Shown: piece after piece, positions 32,105-41,590 of the stretch | How positions within the stretch are numbered: position 1 is the stretch's first letter | Layout: the number at the start of each line of letters is the position of its first letter | Source of the DNA: Litorivicinaceae bacterium | GTDB taxonomy: Bacteria; Pseudomonadota; Gammaproteobacteria; Pseudomonadales; Litorivicinaceae | DNA: 46,060 bases | Assembly: GCA_049623565.1 (NCBI GenBank) | Contig: JBMZTF010000001.1 | Location: forward strand, 1-46,060 | Direction of reading: 5' to 3' | Notes under the pieces: model-generated | What the model was told of the DNA's origin: nothing | Database searches by the model: none | What the model saw: the letters and a program-made list of their open reading frames with translations, nothing else | Program-made: the position numbers and the translations under genes

Positions 32105-32317
32105 ATGACGTTTCGTCGACGCAGCAAAAGGATCTGGATAAGGGCCATTTTGAGTGTCATGGCCTCATTTCTTGGCGTCCAATCAAATGAGAACCGGACA
32201 CATGACTTTGAGCAGGGGAGATTCCCAATCTTTGTTGTGTCTGGATTACTTATGACTCTCATCTTATTAGTGAGTGTTTACGGGCTTGTCCAATTGGTCA
32301 TGATGTATGTAAAATGA
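32105..32317 (+). CDS. DUF2970-like small membrane protein
   Basis: SV.ASFLGVQS..NR..DF..G motif plus one TM segment. Confidence 0.75.
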   Translation: MTFRRRSKRIWIRAILSVMASFLGVQSNENRTHDFEQGRFPIFVVSGLLMTLILLVSVYGLVQLVMMYVK

Positions 32318-32439
32318 GATGGCCTAGAGACAGGCTCGGGTTCTGGAGGAATTCTGACCTCGAAAAGTGAGGGATCACTATCAAAAAACCAATTTATGTT
32401 TCGTTAACCGCCATATTTATGGACGTGGGAGGTATGCGA

Positions 32440-33534
32440 ATGACCAAAGCAATCACTTTGGCTCTATCGCTATTGGCTATGCCGGCATCGGCTGACTGGC
32501 AGGTCAATATGAATGAAGGCGTGACAGCGTTGTCGCGCGAAATCTTCGATCTACATATGCTGATTTTCTGGATCTGTGTGGTCATCGGGGTGGTCGTATT
32601 CGGCGTAATGTTCTATTCGATCTTTAAGTTCCGGAAGTCCAAGGGTGCAGTGTCAGAGCACTGGCATGAAAACACGACAGTCGAAGTCGTTTGGACCGTA
32701 ATTCCGTCGATTATCCTAATCGCGATGGCGGTTCCGGCGACTGCTACCCTGATGGATATGTACGATACCTCCGAGGCCGACGTTGAGATTCAGGTTACCG
32801 GGTACCAGTGGAAATGGCGTTACCAGTATCTCAGCGAAGACATAGACTTCTTTTCAAATCTCTCGACACCACGTGAAGAGATCACGAACGTTTCGGCAAA
32901 AAACACGAACTATCTTCTTGAGGTCGATAATCCCCTCGTGATACCCGTCAACAAGAAGGTTCGGTTTTTAATAACCGCCAACGATGTTATCCATTCTTGG
33001 TGGGTCCCACACTTCGCGGTTAAGAAAGATGCAATACCGGGCTTCGTTAACGAGTCTTGGGTCAAGGTCGAGGAGCCGGGGGTGTACCGCGGGCAATGTA
33101 CTGAGCTTTGTGGTAAGGATCACGGTTTTATGCCGGTCGTTGTCGAAGTCAAATCTGAGGCCGACTACGCGGCATGGTTAGCGGATCAGAAGGCGATGAA
33201 GCTTGCGATGACAGGAGAGGCGTCGAAGGAATTCTCAATGGACGAGTTGATTGCGAAGGGTGAAGGGGTCTACAACTCGGCTTGTGCGGGATGTCATCAG
33301 CTAAATGGTCAAGGAATCTCCGGGGCATTCCCAGCAATCACAGGGAGTGCGATTGCCACGGGTGCGATCGATGCGCACATCGACATTGTTGTGAATGGTA
33401 AAACCGGGACGGCAATGCAGGCATTCAAAGAACAGCTTTCGGCAGCCGATATCGCGGCTGTTGTGACCTATCAACGGAACGCGCTAGGTAACGCAGTGGG
33501 CGATTTGGTCCAGCCAAGCGCTATCCAGAAATAA
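32440..33534 (+). CDS. coxB: Cytochrome c oxidase subunit II with fused cytochrome c domain
   Basis: GYQWKWRY, DVIHSW, CuA motif CTELCGKDHGFM, C-terminal CAGCH heme motif. GGGAGG RBS before ATG 32440. Confidence 0.96.
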   Translation: MTKAITLALSLLAMPASADWQVNMNEGVTALSREIFDLHMLIFWICVVIGVVVFGVMFYSIFKFRKSKGAVSEHWHENTTVEVVWTVIPSIILIAMAVPATATLMDMYDTSEADVEIQVTGYQWKWRYQYLSEDIDFFSNLSTPREEITNVSAKNTNYLLEVDNPLVIPVNKKVRFLITANDVIHSWWVPHFAVKKDAIPGFVNESWVKVEEPGVYRGQCTELCGKDHGFMPVVVEVKSEADYAAWLADQKAMKLAMTGEASKEFSMDELIAKGEGVYNSACAGCHQLNGQGISGAFPAITGSAIATGAIDAHIDIVVNGKTGTAMQAFKEQLSAADIAAVVTYQRNALGNAVGDLVQPSAIQK

Positions 33535-33546
33535 GAGGTAAGAATT

Positions 33547-35145
33547 ATGGCTACAGTTGACGTTGATCTACCGCACGTAAAAGACGAAGACCCGCACCAC
33601 CACGGTCCCGCGAAGGGGCTGGGTCGTTGGTTATATACGACAAACCATAAAGACATAGGATCAATGTATCTGATCTTTAGTCTGTGTATGTTCATGATTG
33701 GTGGGATCATGGCGCTGATCATTCGTGCTGAATTATTCCAGCCTGGGTTGCAGCTGGTTGAACCAAATTTCTTCAACCAGATGACTACCATGCATGGTTT
33801 GATCATGGTGTTCGGGGCGGTCATGCCAGCGTTTGTGGGACTCGCTAACTGGATGATCCCCATGCAGATAGGTGCCCCAGATATGGCGTTACCTCGGATG
33901 AATAACTGGAGCTTTTGGATTCTTCCTTTTGCTTTCTTGATCCTCTTGTCATCGTTGTTCATGCCGGGCGGGGCTCCGAACTTTGGCTGGACTTTCTACG
34001 CGCCGCTGTCGACCACCTACGCACCCGAGTCGGTGACCTTCTTTATCTTTGGGGTCCATATTATGGGTGCCTCGTCAATCATGGGTGCGATCAATATCAT
34101 TGCGACTATATTGAATATGCGTGCGCCTGGGATGACATTGATGAAGATGCCACTGTTCGCCTGGACGTGGTTGATCACAGCATTCTTGTTGATCGCGGTT
34201 ATGCCGGTGTTGGCGGGTGTGGTGACCATGATGCTGATGGACATCCACTTTGGGACATCATTTTTTAACGCTGCCGGTGGTGGTGACCCTGTCTTGTTCC
34301 AGCACGTGTTTTGGTTTTTCGGGCACCCTGAAGTCTACATCATGATTTTACCTGCGTTCGGTATCATCAGCGAGATCATCCCAACATTTGCGCGTAAGCG
34401 CCTGTTCGGTTACTCATCGATGGTGTACGCGGTTGCATCAATCGCTTTGCTGTCCTTCGTGGTTTGGGCTCATCACATGTTCACGGTCGGCATGCCACTC
34501 GTCGGTGAGGTGTTCTTCATGTTCGCGACTATGCTGATCGCTGTACCCACCGGCGTGAAGGTATTCAACTGGGTTGCGACTATGTTCCGTGGGTCGATGA
34601 CGTTCGAGACACCGATGTTATTTGCGCTTGCGTTCGTGGTGTTGTTCACGCTCGGTGGGTTCTCTGGACTGATGCTTGCGATCGCGCCTGCAGACTTCCA
34701 GTACCACGACACCTATTTTGTGGTTGCGCACTTCCACTACGTGCTGGTACCGGGCGCGATCTTCTCGATCATGGCAGCAACATACTACTGGCTCCCTAAA
34801 TGGACCGGCCATCAGTTGAATGAGACCATGGGTAAGGTTCATTTTTGGCTCTCCTTTGTGGGCGTGAACATCACATTCTTCCCGATGCACTTTGTTGGGT
34901 TGGCGGGTATGCCCCGTCGCATACCTGACTACGCGCTACAGTTTGCGGACTTCAATAGCATGGCGACTGTCGGTGCGTTCATTTTCGGGTTCTCTCAGCT
35001 GGTGTTCATCTACAATGTGATCCAAAACGTTCGGGTCGGTGAGAAGGCGTCTGCACAGGTCTGGGAAGGCGCTCAGGGTCTAGAGTGGACGCTTCCATCA
35101 CCCGCTCCGTATCACACTTTCTCTACACCTCCGAAGGTAGACTGA
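33547..35145 (+). CDS. coxA: Cytochrome c oxidase subunit I (A1 type)
   Basis: [35 protein letters not shown]. Confidence 0.98.
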   Translation: MATVDVDLPHVKDEDPHHHGPAKGLGRWLYTTNHKDIGSMYLIFSLCMFMIGGIMALIIRAELFQPGLQLVEPNFFNQMTTMHGLIMVFGAVMPAFVGLANWMIPMQIGAPDMALPRMNNWSFWILPFAFLILLSSLFMPGGAPNFGWTFYAPLSTTYAPESVTFFIFGVHIMGASSIMGAINIIATILNMRAPGMTLMKMPLFAWTWLITAFLLIAVMPVLAGVVTMMLMDIHFGTSFFNAAGGGDPVLFQHVFWFFGHPEVYIMILPAFGIISEIIPTFARKRLFGYSSMVYAVASIALLSFVVWAHHMFTVGMPLVGEVFFMFATMLIAVPTGVKVFNWVATMFRGSMTFETPMLFALAFVVLFTLGGFSGLMLAIAPADFQYHDTYFVVAHFHYVLVPGAIFSIMAATYYWLPKWTGHQLNETMGKVHFWLSFVGVNITFFPMHFVGLAGMPRRIPDYALQFADFNSMATVGAFIFGFSQLVFIYNVIQNVRVGEKASAQVWEGAQGLEWTLPSPAPYHTFSTPPKVD

Positions 35146-35148
35146 TAC

Positions 35149-35730
35149 GTGGCTGAAGCGACCGATAAGCAAACCAAACGCATCGCAGTCCGGCTGGCGA
35201 CGGCCGCGGTCGCGATGTTTGGTTTCGGTTTCGCGTTGGTGCCGTTATACGACGTGTTCTGCGACATCACTGGCCTGAATGGAAAAAATTTCAGCCAGGG
35301 CCCAGCCGAGATCTCCGCCGTGGATAAGTCACGGACCGTTAAAGTGCAATTCGTTACCGTCAACCCGGCGGATATGCCCTGGGACTTCAAGCCAAACGAG
35401 CGATCGATGCGAGTTTTCCCGGGAGAGGACAAGCAGACAGCGTTCTATGCGAAGAACCCGACCAGTAACTGGATGGTCGCACAGGCGGTTCCGTCTGTGA
35501 CCCCATCTGAGGCTGCCCCGTATCTCCACAAGGTTAATTGCTTTTGCTTTGAACGGCAGCCACTGGAGGCGGGCGCAGATACAGAAATGCCTCTGGTCTT
35601 CGTTGTGGATCCAGAGCTGCCTAGCCACATATCAACGATTACACTCTCGTACGCTTTGTACGACTTGACTGAGAGTCAGAAAGTGACACAGACAAACCTC
35701 AATAATGACAAAGGACGGGCATCTTTATGA
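35149..35730 (+). CDS. ctaG: Cytochrome c oxidase assembly copper chaperone CtaG/Cox11
   Basis: VPLYDVFCDITG.NG and CFCF motif. Confidence 0.95.
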   Translation: MAEATDKQTKRIAVRLATAAVAMFGFGFALVPLYDVFCDITGLNGKNFSQGPAEISAVDKSRTVKVQFVTVNPADMPWDFKPNERSMRVFPGEDKQTAFYAKNPTSNWMVAQAVPSVTPSEAAPYLHKVNCFCFERQPLEAGADTEMPLVFVVDPELPSHISTITLSYALYDLTESQKVTQTNLNNDKGRASL

Positions 35731-36608
35731 GTGGGTCTACATATTACGTTCCAGAGCAGAGCAAGTGGCCGATACTTGCTTCCGTAGCGCTTGGTTTATT
35801 GGCCTATGGCGCGGCGATGACGATCACATCCATGACCGCCGACCGCGATTCGGTTGGTCCTTGGATTCTTGGCGGCGGATTTCTGATTCTTTTCTACGTG
35901 ATATTTGGGTGGTTTAAGGATCAGATAAGGGAAGAGGCTGAGGGATTACACAGCGACCAGTTAGACCGTTCTTACCGCCAGGGAATGTTGTGGTTTATTT
36001 TTTCTGAGGTAATGTTTTTTGCTGCTTTCTTCGGTGCACTGTTTTATGTCCGAACGTTCTCGGTGCCATGGATTGGGGGAGAGGGCGCGAAAGGTGTCAC
36101 CAACATGTTATGGGATGGCTTCACAGCGACGTGGCCGTTGCTCCAGACGCCTGACATGAAGCAGTTCCCTGGCGCATCTGCGGTTATTGATCCTTGGCAC
36201 CTTCCCTTGGTCAACACTGTGCTGTTAATCACGTCGAGCGTTACAGTGACATTCGCGCATCATGCACTAAAAGAGCAGAAGCGGGGTTCGTTAGAGGCGT
36301 GGCTGGCTGCCACGATCGTACTCGCGGTGGTGTTTCTGTACTTCCAGGCCGTTGAATATCACGAGGCCTACACTCAGTTGGACTTGACGCTTCATTCAGG
36401 TATCTATGGAGCGACGTTTTTTATGCTGACCGGTTTCCATGGATTCCACGTGATGCTCGGCACGACGATGTTGTTCGTGATGTTGCTCCGTTGTTTTGAT
36501 GGAGCGTTTTCACCAGACAAACATTTCGCTTTTGAAGCGGTTGCGTGGTACTGGCACTTCGTAGACGTGGTGTGGGTAGGGCTGTTTATTTTCGTCTATA
36601 TCCTCTAA
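35727..36608 (+). CDS. coxC: Cytochrome c oxidase subunit III
   Basis: WFIFSEVMFF, TGFHGFHV, WYWHFVDVVW. Confidence 0.97.
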   Translation: MSGSTYYVPEQSKWPILASVALGLLAYGAAMTITSMTADRDSVGPWILGGGFLILFYVIFGWFKDQIREEAEGLHSDQLDRSYRQGMLWFIFSEVMFFAAFFGALFYVRTFSVPWIGGEGAKGVTNMLWDGFTATWPLLQTPDMKQFPGASAVIDPWHLPLVNTVLLITSSVTVTFAHHALKEQKRGSLEAWLAATIVLAVVFLYFQAVEYHEAYTQLDLTLHSGIYGATFFMLTGFHGFHVMLGTTMLFVMLLRCFDGAFSPDKHFAFEAVAWYWHFVDVVWVGLFIFVYIL

Positions 36609-36811
36609 CCACCAATTCCATGCGGCTCGAGTAGTCCTGTAGCAATCCCGATTCCTACCAGCGCTATCAGAGCCGCGGCTAGTCCCACTCGCCAGGCGAG
36701 TGCATTCACGACACGTTTCTTGTCGGACGGGTCCTTCATCAGGAAGTAAAGGCCCGAAAACAAAACGCCAACGACGGCAAAAAACAAAATCACAATTAAT
36801 AGTTTGAACAT
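36605..36811 (-). CDS. Twin transmembrane helix small protein (DUF2909/HIG1-like)
   Basis: L.SGLYFLMKD...RVVNALAWRVGL...PH. Usual antisense position between coxC and the SURF1 gene. Confidence 0.85.
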   Translation of the reverse strand: MFKLLIVILFFAVVGVLFSGLYFLMKDPSDKKRVVNALAWRVGLAAALIALVGIGIATGLLEPHGIGG

Positions 36812-36851
36812 GTTTCATCTCATGTGTTTGGGAAGGGTGCAGGAAACCACA

Positions 36852-37538
36852 ATGTGGCTCACAAAGAAATGGTGGTTTTTGATCGTTGCGGTGCCGATCA
36901 TCGGTTTGTGCGTAAAAGCCGGCTTCTGGCAACTTGACCGGGCACATCAAAAAGAGGATCTAATACGAGCACTTGCGATGGGTGAGTCGTCTGTGCTCAC
37001 CAGTTCTCAAATGCTAAATGCAATGAAAACAGAAGGTACACACCAGGTTCGATTGCCCGTCACAAGGGATACCTCAGAGCCCCTATTGTTTCTAGATAAC
37101 CGGATTCAGGGCCGTATCGCGGGCTATGAGGTCTTTACTGAGGTGACAACCCGAGACGGTGCCGTGAGACTCCTAACGAATCTCGGGTGGGTTCCCGGAT
37201 TGCCACTGAGAGAGGAGTTACCTTCCGTTGAAATGCCGGAAAATTTTGAGCTCAAGGGGTTGTGGGTTCCGGTGACAGAAAGCTACTTAATGGGGTCGTC
37301 GCAACCGGAGAACCTTGGTAACTCTCGACGAGTCCAATCACTAACCGACGTTATAGTAGGTAAAAATTTCTCCGGGATGATCCTGGCGGACGGATTGCTG
37401 CCACGGAATGCCGTTGGCCCGGCCCCCCGTCTTGGGCCTGAGACCCACTACGGATACGCGGTCCAGTGGTTTTTGTTAGCTGTTGTCCTTGTTGGGATGA
37501 CGGTTTTCTTCTGCAGAAGGGGAATATCACGTGGGTAA
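36852..37538 (+). CDS. SURF1 family cytochrome oxidase assembly protein
   Basis: GFWQLDRA..K, LDNR, N.GWV, HYGYAVQWF. AGGA RBS before ATG 36852. Confidence 0.9.
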   Translation: MWLTKKWWFLIVAVPIIGLCVKAGFWQLDRAHQKEDLIRALAMGESSVLTSSQMLNAMKTEGTHQVRLPVTRDTSEPLLFLDNRIQGRIAGYEVFTEVTTRDGAVRLLTNLGWVPGLPLREELPSVEMPENFELKGLWVPVTESYLMGSSQPENLGNSRRVQSLTDVIVGKNFSGMILADGLLPRNAVGPAPRLGPETHYGYAVQWFLLAVVLVGMTVFFCRRGISRG

Positions 37539-37980
37539 TCGGACCACATTTTGGTTAATCTGGGCTGTTGCCCTTGTGCCTATGTTTGCGGCATTTGTGA
37601 TGTATTTTGGGCAGATTGGTTTGCCAGACGGGCGGACTCATCACGGTGAGTTGGTTAAACCCGGCACCCAAAATGTCGATATCGGGCTCCCAAATCCGGG
37701 GGATCCACCGAAATGGCAGGTGGTGCTCGCATCTACGGTAGCGTGTGCGCCCTGCAGTATTTTTAGCGAAGGACTAGACAACTTCCATACCGCACTGGGT
37801 AGAGAACGGGATCGTGTGGTCGTGCGGGAGGTTAACGCGACTGACCTGACTGTTGATGAACCATTCATTTGGGTAGTCGACCCCCTTGGTAACGTTGTTT
37901 TGAAATTTGAACCTGCGGTCAACCCGACGTTGATCCTTCAGGATTTGAAGAAGCTTTTAAAATTATCGAAGGTTGGATAA
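37531..37980 (+). CDS. Conserved cox-cluster membrane-anchored thioredoxin-like protein
   Basis: N-terminal TM, HGELV, CAPC, VDPLGNVVL, DLKKLLKLS.VG. Usual position between SURF1 and ctaA. Confidence 0.75.
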   Translation: MGNRTTFWLIWAVALVPMFAAFVMYFGQIGLPDGRTHHGELVKPGTQNVDIGLPNPGDPPKWQVVLASTVACAPCSIFSEGLDNFHTALGRERDRVVVREVNATDLTVDEPFIWVVDPLGNVVLKFEPAVNPTLILQDLKKLLKLSKVG

Positions 37981-39005
37981 TGGCAAATAATCTTCCATTA
38001 AAGTTAGTGACGATTGCACTGTTTTTGGCGGTCGAGGTGGTGCTGATGGGTGGGTTTACCCGAATCACTGATTCGGGACTTGGTTGCCCAGACTGGCCCG
38101 GCTGCTTCGGAAGAATGACAATGACGACTGATACAGCGACGATTGCTTACCTTCAGGAGCGTTATCCGGAGATTCATGTTGCTGTCCATAAGGGGTGGAT
38201 CGAAATGATCCACCGCTATATCGCAGGTTTGCTTGGCTTGCTAATCTTGGTGATCGCGTTTCTCGGGTACAGAGAAAAAGACAGGACGCCGAACTACCCC
38301 TACCTTGTTTCTCTGACCCTACTTGGACTAGTCATCGTGCAGGGCGCGTTTGGCGCGTTTACGGTGACGCTGAAGCTTCTCCCAAACATTGTAACGCTTC
38401 ACTTGATGGGCGGGCTCATCATTGTGTCGACACTGATGTATCTGCGGCACCGACTAAAACGTTTGGTTAACGGAGAGTCTCAGCCTATTCGGATGCGAAC
38501 AGCGGCTTTCGTGGGTGTTATTTTGCTGTTCGTCCAAATTCTCTTGGGCGGTTGGGTGTCAACTAACTACGCCGGCTGGGCATGCCCTGGGATCATAAGT
38601 TGCGCTTCGGGCGCTGATGTTCAATATGATTTTTATAGCGGATTCCACTTCTTCCCGGAGGTGGGCCCGAATTATGAGGGTGGACAGTTGGAACACGGTG
38701 CCAGGGCGGCTATCCAGATGGTGCATCGTGCGGGTGCGTTTGTTGTGTTCGCGTATTGGCTGGTGTTGCTGGGGTCCTATATCCAGCGTAAGTTACTGAC
38801 ACTTAGGCAAGCCTCTCACTTTGGCGGGTTGTTGCTGGTACAAATATTATTCGGCTACGCGAACGTCGTTTATGCGGTCCCGGATAGCCTCGCGTTCATT
38901 CACCATGCGTTGGGTGTGCTGTTATTATTAGCCGCTTGGTCGTTAGCATATAGCACGGCTATAGAGCAGGAGAACGCCGTCTATGGCAATTTCGGACACG
39001 CTTAA
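37980..39005 (+). CDS. ctaA: Heme A synthase (COX15/CtaA)
   Basis: GLGCPDWPGC, EMIHRY, HL.GG, HR..A. Confidence 0.93.
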   Translation: MANNLPLKLVTIALFLAVEVVLMGGFTRITDSGLGCPDWPGCFGRMTMTTDTATIAYLQERYPEIHVAVHKGWIEMIHRYIAGLLGLLILVIAFLGYREKDRTPNYPYLVSLTLLGLVIVQGAFGAFTVTLKLLPNIVTLHLMGGLIIVSTLMYLRHRLKRLVNGESQPIRMRTAAFVGVILLFVQILLGGWVSTNYAGWACPGIISCASGADVQYDFYSGFHFFPEVGPNYEGGQLEHGARAAIQMVHRAGAFVVFAYWLVLLGSYIQRKLLTLRQASHFGGLLLVQILFGYANVVYAVPDSLAFIHHALGVLLLLAAWSLAYSTAIEQENAVYGNFGHA

Positions 39006-39894
39006 CGCTGGATCATCCAACCCTACGTGGAGGGATTATCTGACGTTAACTAAGCCTCGGGTTGTAGCGGTTCTCGTGCTGACGTCCATGGTTGGTATGT
39101 TGCTCGCAAGACCGGTTCTGCCCAGTGTCGAGTTATTTATTTTGGCAAACCTGGGCATCGGACTTGCCGCGTCGGCCGCTGCTGCGGTGAATCATGTGGT
39201 TGATCGGCGAATCGATGCGATGATGAGTAGGACTAAGCACCGGCCTGTTTCGGAAGGGAAAGTATCGCCAATAAATGCGCTCCTGTTCGCGTTTGCACTG
39301 GGTGTGACTGGGCTCGGTATCTTGGTGGTAGTGGCTAATCCCCTGACGGCGCTGCTGACCTTTGCGTCGATCATTGGTTACGCGGTGATCTACACCCTGT
39401 ACCTCAAACGAGCAACACCTCAGAATATTGTTATCGGTGGTCTCGCCGGAGCCGCGCCACCCCTCTTAGGTTGGGTGGCCGTGACAAATACAATTGACCC
39501 CTACGCGTTACTGCTGGTCGCAATTATCTTTGCTTGGACTCCCCCCCACTTTTGGGCGCTTTGCATCGCTAAAAAGGAAGATTACGCGACGGCTGATGTT
39601 CCGATGCTCCCTGTGACCCATGGAGATGAATACACGCGGTTACAGATGCTTCTCTACACAATCCTCATGGTGCTGGTCACGATGTTACCGTACCTCAGCG
39701 GTATGAGTGGTGTCCTTTATCTACTAGGCGTGACGATTATTAATGCACGGTTCTTGATACTATTGAAGAAACATTCGGATACTAAGGATCCGCAGGATGC
39801 GATGGCATTATTTTGGTATTCGATACGGTACATCATGTGGTTGTTTCTCTTTTTGTTGGTGGACCATTTTGTTCCACTGGTTTATTTGCCTTAA
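38983..39894 (+). CDS. cyoE: Protoheme IX farnesyltransferase (heme O synthase)
   Basis: LTKPRV, D..M.RT..RP, YT.YLKR.TPQNIVIGG, WTPPHFWAL. Confidence 0.96.
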   Translation: MAISDTLNAGSSNPTWRDYLTLTKPRVVAVLVLTSMVGMLLARPVLPSVELFILANLGIGLAASAAAAVNHVVDRRIDAMMSRTKHRPVSEGKVSPINALLFAFALGVTGLGILVVVANPLTALLTFASIIGYAVIYTLYLKRATPQNIVIGGLAGAAPPLLGWVAVTNTIDPYALLLVAIIFAWTPPHFWALCIAKKEDYATADVPMLPVTHGDEYTRLQMLLYTILMVLVTMLPYLSGMSGVLYLLGVTIINARFLILLKKHSDTKDPQDAMALFWYSIRYIMWLFLFLLVDHFVPLVYLP

Positions 39895-40226
39895 AACTGC
39901 ATCCAAAAAACTAGGTACAAGGACGCCATTCCAGCACCGAGTGTGGGGAGAGTCTTTTTTGTCTTTAGGAACGCGATTGCGGCGATCATTGCCGCAATCG
40001 GTTTTGGGTCGATGGGGACCGTGCCGAAGGTTGTGATAAGGCCAACGTTACCTTTAAAAATCCCCGGGACGACTAGTGCGCATAAGATTGCTGGTGGAAC
40101 AAATTCAAGTGCGTCGACAAACCATTGTGGTAGCCGGAAGTAGTGTTGGCCTTCGATAAATGCACTTTTCAGCGCGAGAGTAACAAGACCTGCAAGAGCA
40201 ACAGTGACAATAAATTGCTCTGTCAC
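39891..40226 (-). CDS. AzlD-like branched-chain amino acid exporter small subunit
   Basis: L.FVPPAIL.ALV motif, hydrophobic, downstream of the AzlC-family gene with 4-bp overlap. Confidence 0.85.
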   Translation of the reverse strand: MTEQFIVTVALAGLVTLALKSAFIEGQHYFRLPQWFVDALEFVPPAILCALVVPGIFKGNVGLITTFGTVPIDPKPIAAMIAAIAFLKTKKTLPTLGAGMASLYLVFWMQF

Positions 40227-40927
40227 CGGCTTAAGCTCTTATACAAAGTACCGACAACAATTCCGACGAGGCCTCCAAGAATTATCCCAAGACTATAAGG
40301 AAGGTCTAGCCCTACAAAAGAGATGATAGCGCCAACTGTTGCCGCGACTTGGTGGGCTCGTGTTTTAAGGGTGCTTAACGCTAGCGCCAAGAAGGTTAAT
40401 GGAATCATGAAATCCAGCGACCAAAATATTGGAATCACCTGCCCAACGAAGGCGCCAATGATGGTGGAGGCCTGCCACAGGGTCCAGATAAGAAGTGTTC
40501 CACCAGCATAATAAGCGACGCGTTCGTTTAAATCCCAATCATGGGCCGGGTAGTCGCGATGACATACTGCATAGATTTGGTCGGTTAACCCATATCCTGC
40601 CAGCAGACGGATGGCCCGATGGGCATCGACAAGATGCGGAGCGATTGAAGCACTATACAAAACGTAGCGAAGATTGATCGCGGCAACGGTTAAAAGGATG
40701 ACCCAAATCGAGGCCTGTTCGTTCATGAGCTGGTAGGTTGCGAGTTGTGATGCACCTGCAAACATTAATAGTGAGCCGATCCAAGAATCTAACCATGTGT
40801 ATCCGAAAGAGACAGGCGTGAAGCCAGTAATGAGTCCAAACGGAATGATTCCTGGAAGAAGCGGTAGCATCGCGTACATCCCCTGCAATGCACGGGCTTG
40901 GAGATTTGTTGGTGAAGTACGAGCCAT
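40223..40927 (-). CDS. AzlC family branched-chain amino acid exporter
   Basis: PFGL..G, FAGASQ, INLRY.LYS, LTD..YA, LDF..P..F. Confidence 0.9.
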   Translation of the reverse strand: MARTSPTNLQARALQGMYAMLPLLPGIIPFGLITGFTPVSFGYTWLDSWIGSLLMFAGASQLATYQLMNEQASIWVILLTVAAINLRYVLYSASIAPHLVDAHRAIRLLAGYGLTDQIYAVCHRDYPAHDWDLNERVAYYAGGTLLIWTLWQASTIIGAFVGQVIPIFWSLDFMIPLTFLALALSTLKTRAHQVAATVGAIISFVGLDLPYSLGIILGGLVGIVVGTLYKSLSR

Positions 40928-40990
40928 GGTTTGAAGATACCCTAAGGGGAAAAAAAACCCAGAAATTTTGCAGAGGCATTGACAAATTGG

Positions 40991-41267
40991 ATACCCACAA
41001 AGCCTGTGGATAACTATGGGGATTTATTTTTGTTGGATGGTCTAAGTGTTTGATCTGCTGGCTATCGCTTGAATTGATCAAAATTTAATCAATTCGGATA
41101 AAATAAAAAAAACATCGAAAAATCAGGTATTTAAAAAAGTTTGTCTGATAAAGATCATTTTTTTTCGTAGTTTTTGGACAGAGTAAACAGGTCTGGGGGT
41201 GTTCCTGAAAGTAACGCATCATTGTGGATAGTGTGCACGGAAATGGTGCAGATTTTCTTTATCCATG
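40991..41267. promoter_or_regulatory. DnaA-box / IHF / Fis cluster (DARS-like element)
   Basis: ATACCCACA(40991)-5-TGTGGATAA(41005, perfect)-3-TGGGGATTT(41017). IHF-like sites at 41043-41055 (minus) and 41121-41133. Fis consensus at 41076-41090. Extra boxes TGTGGATAG(41223) and TTATCCATG(41259). Confidence 0.65.
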
Positions 41268-41590
41268 GTGCTATATGGCGCAAGGATACAAAGTATTTGG
41301 TTGTGTGAGTCGTTCAGGGAAACCGCTAGTCTAGCGATTAGCATGCTGTATCTGACTCGAAGATCCGTCAGGCCCCGATAGGCGTTAGTCTCCCGCGAAT
41401 AAAAATGATTGAGATCTTGGCTATGTCGGTAAGCTTCAATGGACCAGCCAGACCAACCATATCACCGCCTAGCGAGCTTTGAGTGCGCTACCCTAATCCC
41501 GGTTGCTTAAGTAGCTAGCTAGTTTGCGCCAGAGTCACACGGGGATACGGATCCCCGAAGGGGGTCTAAAGATAAAAATCTACGCCTACT

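Noticed and set aside
40653-41081. 142-aa minus ORF spanning the DnaA boxes and azlC start
   Set aside because: Out-of-frame overlap with azlC, TTG start, runs through protein-binding sites, no motif.
40928-41300. Calling the DnaA-box region oriC
   Set aside because: Only one perfect box, sparse GATC sites, no clear repeated 13-mer unwinding element, and no dnaA/rpmH/mnmG neighbours. The triad geometry fits DARS better. Not fully excluded without GC skew.
41360-41395. TCAGGCCCCGATAGG resembling SRP RNA domain IV, and tmRNA/RNase P/6S for the surrounding region
   Set aside because: Lacks the GNRA loop and AGCAG motif of SRP. No tRNA-like ends, no GAGGAAAGTCC, no long rod structure.
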